A model generated the notes under the pieces. It saw only the letters and a list, made by a program, of their open reading frames with translations, did not search any database and was not told where the DNA came from. 64,000 bases of DNA from Pseudomonadota bacterium (GTDB lineage Bacteria; Bdellovibrionota; FAC87; UBA2466). Below are positions 57,427 to 64,000 of this stretch, in pieces (positions within the stretch are counted from its first letter, which is position 1; each line of letters opens with the position of its first letter). The translations under genes and the position numbers were made by a program. The DNA lies in assembly GCA_043718025.1 (NCBI GenBank), contig JAYSWN010000020.1, forward strand, positions 15,227-79,226, read 5' to 3'.

Positions 57427-58884
57427 TTAGGCCTTCACTCTCTTTGACCACAACTGTTTTATCCACTTCTCCACATCATTTACTTCGGTGGGAATTGCAG
57501 ACGACAAATTCTTACAACCCTTTGCCGTAACCAGCACATCGTCTTCGATGCGAACTCCGATGCCGCGGTACTTAGCGGGAACGGTCGAATCATCGGGCTG
57601 AAAATAAAGGCCGGGCTCGACCGTGAGCACCATTCCGGCTTCCAGCTTTCCAAATTTGTAGGTTTCAGCGCGCGCTTTGGCGCAATCATGAACGTCCAAG
57701 CCCAGCATATGGCTTACGTTGTGAAGGGTGTAGCGCTTAAAAAACTGATTTTCAGGCTTCAGTGCCTCTTCGGCTCCCATCGGCAAAAGCCCCATGGCCA
57801 CCAGCCCGTGGGCAAGCACCAGCATCGCCGCCCGGTTGGGGGCTAAGAAATCATTTCCAGGTTTTACCTGCTTGATCGCCGCCTTTTGCGCCTTTAGCAC
57901 CAGTTCATAGACCTGGCGCTGTTCTTTAGTAAACTTTCCACTTACCGGAAAGCAGCGAGTGATGTCGGCCGTATAGAGCGAATGCCCTTCAATCCCGGCG
58001 TCGAGCAGAAGCAAATCACCCTTGCGAAGTTTTCCGTCGTTTCGCTTCCAATGCAAGGTGCAGGCGTGCGGACCACTCGCTACGATCGAGCCGTAACCAA
58101 TGTCATTGCCTTCCATACGCGCACGGGTGAAAAAAACGCCTTCTAACTCGCGTTCACTTTTCGCCGTTTTTAGCCTTGCCACCACGTCTTCAAAGCCCCG
58201 TTTGGTGGATTGAATCGCGGATGACAGCTCTTTCACTTCAACGGCCTCTTTCAAAAGCCGCATCTCAGATAGAAAAACTAAAAATTCAGCGTCACGCGCC
58301 GGCTGATGCGAATCCGATCCGCTTAGCATCTGTTCGGTAATGGGCGAATGCCCCCGCAGCACCCGGCGCCCTGGGTTGCGACCGCTAAACTTGGCAAGAA
58401 AGGAACCCAGCTCGGTGAGCGGTTTGGTCTCTATCCCAAATACCTGGCGGCTCTCTTTCACTCCTAAGCGCGGCCCCTCCCACAGCTCACCTTTGATGCG
58501 ATCGGTGAAAAAAGTGGAGTCAGCTTTGCCCGGGTTGGGTTCTACAAAAAGGATTTGCTCGTGCCCTTGCGGGCTTGGGGCAAAGACGAGCACGCAATCC
58601 GGCTCGACGTTGCCGGTGAGGTAGAAAAAATCCGAACACGGTCGAAAAGGGTAATGCGTGTCGTTGGCGCGAATCTTATAGTGCCCAGAGGGAATCACCA
58701 GCAGCTCACCCGGAAAATGGGCGTTCAGAACCTCACGACGCTTGGCGAAACTGGCCCGGTTTTTAAGTGGACTCAACTTGACCGATCGCGGCGTCCAGCC
58801 TTTGAGCATGAACGAGATTAGACTCGGGGGGGCTTCCGAATCGTGAGTGTCCGCGGGTTTTAGGGCGCCATCGAAAGTATTCAT
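57427..58884 (-). CDS. pepP: Xaa-Pro aminopeptidase (aminopeptidase P)
   Basis: DFFYLTG, LLLDAG, YTADITR, H.LGLDVHD, TVEPGLY, GVRIEDD. Confidence 0.93.
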   Translation of the reverse strand: MNTFDGALKPADTHDSEAPPSLISFMLKGWTPRSVKLSPLKNRASFAKRREVLNAHFPGELLVIPSGHYKIRANDTHYPFRPCSDFFYLTGNVEPDCVLVFAPSPQGHEQILFVEPNPGKADSTFFTDRIKGELWEGPRLGVKESRQVFGIETKPLTELGSFLAKFSGRNPGRRVLRGHSPITEQMLSGSDSHQPARDAEFLVFLSEMRLLKEAVEVKELSSAIQSTKRGFEDVVARLKTAKSERELEGVFFTRARMEGNDIGYGSIVASGPHACTLHWKRNDGKLRKGDLLLLDAGIEGHSLYTADITRCFPVSGKFTKEQRQVYELVLKAQKAAIKQVKPGNDFLAPNRAAMLVLAHGLVAMGLLPMGAEEALKPENQFFKRYTLHNVSHMLGLDVHDCAKARAETYKFGKLEAGMVLTVEPGLYFQPDDSTVPAKYRGIGVRIEDDVLVTAKGCKNLSSAIPTEVNDVEKWIKQLWSKRVKA

Positions 58885-58923
58885 GCCTTAGAAACTACCG
58901 CTTAGGCCCGCAAGACGCCAACC

Positions 58924-59391
58924 TCAAAAATCGCGATCCATCACGGTTTTACGGCCATCGGTACGCGCCACTTGGATCGCGGCGTCGCAAAGATTACGAA
59001 TTTTATCGCTGAGCGCTTCATAGGCACTGGCACTGGTGTTCATGCCCGACTTGTCGGCAACGTACTTTCGCACCCGGGTAACCACGACCAGAATATCGTC
59101 TTCGTTTACCGCTCCGGCTGAAACCGCCGGAGCCGCCACTTTTCCGGTTTGGCTGGCAACCACCTTGCGCACTTCCGGCGCATCCGGAGTGGAAGGGGCC
59201 TTGCGTTCAATCGCTCCGGCACTCGAACCCCGGTGCCGTTCAATCGGCAGATGGGCGTCCCAGCAGGTAACTGAGCAAAAGGCGTAGTTAGTAGCTCGTC
59301 CCTGACAGGTCGATACCGAACACACGTAAAAAGCCTGATTAGTAAGAATGTCTCTCTTGCAGCTGCTGCACTTACGCCATACTTGCGACAT
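58924..59391 (-). CDS. Bacterial histone-fold protein with N-terminal Cys/His zinc finger (ZZ-type histone)
   Basis: CSSC/CSVSTC/CSVTCWDAH; C-terminal ILVVVTRVRKYV...GMNTS...ARTDGRKTVMDRDF resembles Bdellovibrio Bd0055. Confidence 0.88.
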   Translation of the reverse strand: MSQVWRKCSSCKRDILTNQAFYVCSVSTCQGRATNYAFCSVTCWDAHLPIERHRGSSAGAIERKAPSTPDAPEVRKVVASQTGKVAAPAVSAGAVNEDDILVVVTRVRKYVADKSGMNTSASAYEALSDKIRNLCDAAIQVARTDGRKTVMDRDF

Positions 59392-59448
59392 GCCCACTAT
59401 TAAACCACACCTTCCCCGGCTAGGCCTAGTCCATGGTAAAATGAAATT

Positions 59449-59868
59449 GTGAGCTACCCCTACGAAAGACGCCGCTATCATCGAGCCACCCTCAATCTGC
59501 CGGCAATGGTTGAGATTGCCAATGGAACCCGGGCGCGACAAAGCTACCCGGCCAAAATATTAGATATTTCCGAAGGTGGAATGCAGCTCGAAACGCGCGC
59601 CCCAGTGGTCGTAGTGGGTGAAGAGGTAGTGATTCACGTTACCATCGGCGACAGCCTAGATGTGCACGCCAAAATTCGCCAAGCCGACGACATTGAAGTC
59701 CAGCTTTCTGACGATGAAGATGCCGGAGAATCTGTAGTGCGCTGGTCAGATGGCAACTCCGGAAAGTTCGGCGTAGAATTTGTAAACCTCAATGCCGAAA
59801 TGCGCGATAAACTAAAGAAACTGGTTGAGCGCGCAATCGCTAGCAACGGCGACGTCACTAAAGTCTAA
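59449..59868 (+). CDS. PilZ domain protein
   Basis: ERRRYHR (RxxxR), DISEGG, VVRW...FGVEF. Confidence 0.88.
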   Translation: MSYPYERRRYHRATLNLPAMVEIANGTRARQSYPAKILDISEGGMQLETRAPVVVVGEEVVIHVTIGDSLDVHAKIRQADDIEVQLSDDEDAGESVVRWSDGNSGKFGVEFVNLNAEMRDKLKKLVERAIASNGDVTKV

Positions 59869-59873
59869 GTTGC

Positions 59874-60131
59874 CTATGAGTTCGAGTTTGCGAGCCTTTC
59901 CACCAACGCCACGTACGAATCACTGGCCATCTTTTGGCTGGTGCCTTTTAACTTTGCCCACGCTTCAAATTTTTTTCGCCCCTTGATATCGAATAAGCCC
60001 GGCTTGCTTCCGGTTACGTCACCGGTGGTCGCCTGTTTAAACAATCCATAAAGCTCTAGAAGCTCGCCGTCCGATGGGCGTGTAGTAAGAGATTTTACCC
60101 GCTCTGCCGCTTCTGTGAATTTAATTTCCAT
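59874..60131 (-). CDS. Acyl-CoA-binding protein
   Basis: LLELYGLFKQATTGD, PGLFD.KGRKK.EAW. Confidence 0.92.
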   Translation of the reverse strand: MEIKFTEAAERVKSLTTRPSDGELLELYGLFKQATTGDVTGSKPGLFDIKGRKKFEAWAKLKGTSQKMASDSYVALVERLANSNS

Positions 60132-60228
60132 GCTGGCTCCCGCAAAGCCACCTCTTTACATTTTCGCGCGCCATTCGAAAAGGAGAACTAATCAGGTTGA
60201 TTATATTGGGCAGAGCTCAGGGTATTGC

Positions 60229-62604
60229 CTATTTGCATTTGCCTTGGGCAATATCAATTTTTTTGACTTCGATTTTGTCGGTCTCAACCGCAATCGAGCA
60301 GGTGAAGTCATGTTTGAGGACTTGATTTACGAATCGTAGTTGGTAAGTGCGGCCGGCGCGTAGCTTTTTTTCGAAAGGCGTATTGGCCGCCACTTCAGCC
60401 ACCAGTCGCCCGTTAATGTAAACTTCGGCGTTTCCATTGGTGGTCATCTCAATGGCGCCCATGTCGACGCGCTTTAATGATCGCTTCAAGCCTTTCATCT
60501 TTCGTTTCACAAAAATATTTTCCTGTATATCGGCGTAGCCTTCCAAGACCAAGGTCAAATCAGCGCCTTTATCGCAGGCAGCGTTAACCACCGTCGGCGA
60601 AAGCCCGCGACTTTGCCGATCTATGAAAATGGCGGCGCCCGGCGGATCCGTGCTCACTTCGAAGCTACAGCTCCCTAAAACGCCCGGCGTAGCCGCCTGA
60701 TTTTGCGGCGTACGCTCACTGGCTCTGACTCGCCCCTTAGCGGGCAACGGCACTTCGTCTTGTTCGATATCCTCGGCCGGAAGACGCGGCTCTACTCCTT
60801 GTTTTTCTTTTTCTTTATTCAGCAGCACGGCGCCCAGGCCAAATAGGATAATGAGCAGAAAGAATTTAAGCAGAGGGCTGCCGCGCCTCTTCGCCACAAA
60901 AGTGTAAGGGTCACGGTAGCGCCGCTGATCGCCCATTTGGCGATCGAGGCCTTCAAGTTCGTTGCCGCGGCCATACGATTGTAAGCTCACGTTCTGATTG
61001 CCACCGCTCGTGCTGATGCCGTGCGAAACACTGAAAGAGCGGTCGCGACGGCGGTTTTTTTCTCCGGCCGCCGTATCGTGAAGAGAAATGCCGCTGGCGG
61101 AAGCTAGATCACCCTCGGGCTCTTTGGGCGCTTGAGCTTCTTTGACCCGGCTATCCGTAATTTGGGTAGTGCCCTCGTCATTCTTAGCAGTGGAGCCAGT
61201 CACCTTAGTGCGTTCGATGCCGGAGCTCGTTCGCGACCGACCAAAAGTGGACGCCGTCTTCACTTGAGTGGGTGGGTTGGGCGTGGGCTCTGCAATCGAG
61301 GGGCGAAACGTGCCAGTGCCGCCAGCCGTCTGCGGATCATCCATATCTTCAGGCAACATAGAATCGACCTGAGTGAGTGGACTCAATTCGGAATCGACTT
61401 GTGACTCCTCTTCAGAGAGGGGAGAGCGGGGCTCAATTTTCCGTTCCTGTTTTTCTTTTTCGTAAATACCGCTGATTGAGGTCACCAGCTCTTCGCCCGA
61501 GAGATTGGTAACCACCGAGCGATTTCTGGTTTCAGATTTGGTGGCCGGCTCATCGTCGTCGTTGGCTTCGGGAAATTCCTCTTCACCCCGTTGGCCCGCT
61601 TCGAGCGTGGCTTTTTGCGAGAACGGAATGGATTGGCGGTAAACGGCTTCGAAACGCTTTTTCTCCGCAACAATTTCGTCCGCGAAAATCTTTTGAAGAA
61701 TGGCCCCCATCTCCACTTGGGAGAACGAAGAAAAGTTCTTGTTCAGATATTCCTGTAGACCGCGATGAAATCGACCCGCGTCGTGATACCGAAGACCAAG
61801 GTCTTTGGTGAGCGACTTCATCATGATCTTTTCCATCTCGGAAGTGATCTTGGGGTTCTGACGAGCGGCCGAAGGCACCACGCACTCCTGAATTTGACGG
61901 AGCGTGGCCATGTCGTTATCGCCGGCAAAGAGGCGGCGGTTTGCCAAGAGCTCGTACAAAATAATTCCGGTCGAAAAAATGTCGGTTCGGTGATCAATCT
62001 GCTCGCCATTGGCCTGCTCGGGCGACATGTAACCGAATTTGCCTTTGATCACGCCCGATCGAGTTTCATCAACCCGGTCTTTGGCCTTGGCAATTCCGAA
62101 GTCCACAATTTTCACCGCGCCGTCGTACGACAACATGATGTTTTGCGGCGACATATCGCGGTGGATGATATTCAACGACTTGCCGGTGAGATCGTCTTTG
62201 CGTTTGTGTGCGTACTCAAGCCCTTTGCAAACTTCGTTGATTATGAAAAGGCCAAATTCGGGAGGCGGAACAAAGTTCATCTTTTTGGCCTTGTTGATGA
62301 ACTGGCGCAGATTTTTACCGTCGATAAATTCCATCGCGAGCAGGTACGTCTCGCCATGCTTCACGAAGTCATAAATTTGGGCGATATTGGCGTGCGTGAG
62401 CATTGAAGACAGGCGCGCTTCGTACTCGAACATACGCCGAAACTCTTCGTTGCTGGCGTAATTAGGCAATATGCGTTTGATGGCGAGCTGCTTTTCAAAG
62501 CCTCCCGCGCCGCTTGCCTTTGCTCGATACACTTCGGCCATACCGCCGGTGGCGATCTTCTCAAGCAAAAGATACTTGCCGATTTTAAATGGCTTAAAGT
62601 CCAT
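60229..62604 (-). CDS. Membrane Hanks-type Ser/Thr kinase with C-terminal PEGA domain
   Basis: GGMAEVY, AIKR, HRDMSPQN, DFGIAK, GKFGYMSPEQ; TM; STDPPGAAIFID. Confidence 0.93.
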   Translation of the reverse strand: MDFKPFKIGKYLLLEKIATGGMAEVYRAKASGAGGFEKQLAIKRILPNYASNEEFRRMFEYEARLSSMLTHANIAQIYDFVKHGETYLLAMEFIDGKNLRQFINKAKKMNFVPPPEFGLFIINEVCKGLEYAHKRKDDLTGKSLNIIHRDMSPQNIMLSYDGAVKIVDFGIAKAKDRVDETRSGVIKGKFGYMSPEQANGEQIDHRTDIFSTGIILYELLANRRLFAGDNDMATLRQIQECVVPSAARQNPKITSEMEKIMMKSLTKDLGLRYHDAGRFHRGLQEYLNKNFSSFSQVEMGAILQKIFADEIVAEKKRFEAVYRQSIPFSQKATLEAGQRGEEEFPEANDDDEPATKSETRNRSVVTNLSGEELVTSISGIYEKEKQERKIEPRSPLSEEESQVDSELSPLTQVDSMLPEDMDDPQTAGGTGTFRPSIAEPTPNPPTQVKTASTFGRSRTSSGIERTKVTGSTAKNDEGTTQITDSRVKEAQAPKEPEGDLASASGISLHDTAAGEKNRRRDRSFSVSHGISTSGGNQNVSLQSYGRGNELEGLDRQMGDQRRYRDPYTFVAKRRGSPLLKFFLLIILFGLGAVLLNKEKEKQGVEPRLPAEDIEQDEVPLPAKGRVRASERTPQNQAATPGVLGSCSFEVSTDPPGAAIFIDRQSRGLSPTVVNAACDKGADLTLVLEGYADIQENIFVKRKMKGLKRSLKRVDMGAIEMTTNGNAEVYINGRLVAEVAANTPFEKKLRAGRTYQLRFVNQVLKHDFTCSIAVETDKIEVKKIDIAQGKCK

Positions 62605-62815
62605 AAAAAGTCACATCGCAGCCCTCGCCCTTTAGGGGAAGGACGTCATAACCTTATCGGACTTTCTTTATTTAAATATGAATCCGGACGCTTACCTTCC
62701 GAACGCGGTTTTTTGAATGGGTCGCACCCGAGCCCGTTCTGATTTTAGCCGTTATTGCCGCTCGCGTTATCCAAACGCGTCGCGTCAACAAACGAAATAG
62801 GTGTTAAAACAGTAA

Positions 62816-63913
<1,098 letters not shown>

Positions 63914-64000
63914 TTCGGGTAGGAATACCGAACCCTAAATATACAATCACCAGCGCGCACGTTACCCCTACAAACCATTTCACTACGGTGATGGGGATTA

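Overview
Bacterial chromosomal window, probably from a Bdellovibrionota/deltaproteobacterial-type organism (inferred from a Bd0055-like histone fold, a TIGR04552-like protein, a GYF_2 protein and a PEGA Ser/Thr kinase). Bases 1-42.7 kb are a large surface-polysaccharide locus in five alternately oriented blocks. It holds a GDP-linked legionaminic-acid-type pathway with an amidotransferase/HisF/HisH trio, Wzm/Wzt export, four candidate HP-motif nonulosonate transferases (three are paralogues), an sxtJ/sxtK/carbamoyltransferase cassette, an MBOAT/SGNH/ACP acylation set, methyltransferases, GT2s, a MraY/WecA-like initiator and a CapD-like dehydratase. Bases 42.7-54.5 kb are an accessory region next to tRNA-Ser(TGA). 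It contains a TetR gene divergent from a penta-haem cytochrome c with a lectin-like tail, followed by secreted proteins built from two shared modules; a 900-bp segment bounded by 63-bp inverted repeats; small detox genes; and a signal-peptide-bearing J-domain protein. Bases 54.5-64 kb look like core genome: TIGR04552-like, GYF_2 protein, pepP, a zinc-finger histone, PilZ, ACBP, a Ser/Thr kinase and mreB. Two sequence-level points stand out: an apparent ATT start for neuA, and many genes whose start codon lies 6-7 nt after a -10 box with no SD (leaderless). All family calls are from motif recognition by eye, not database searches.
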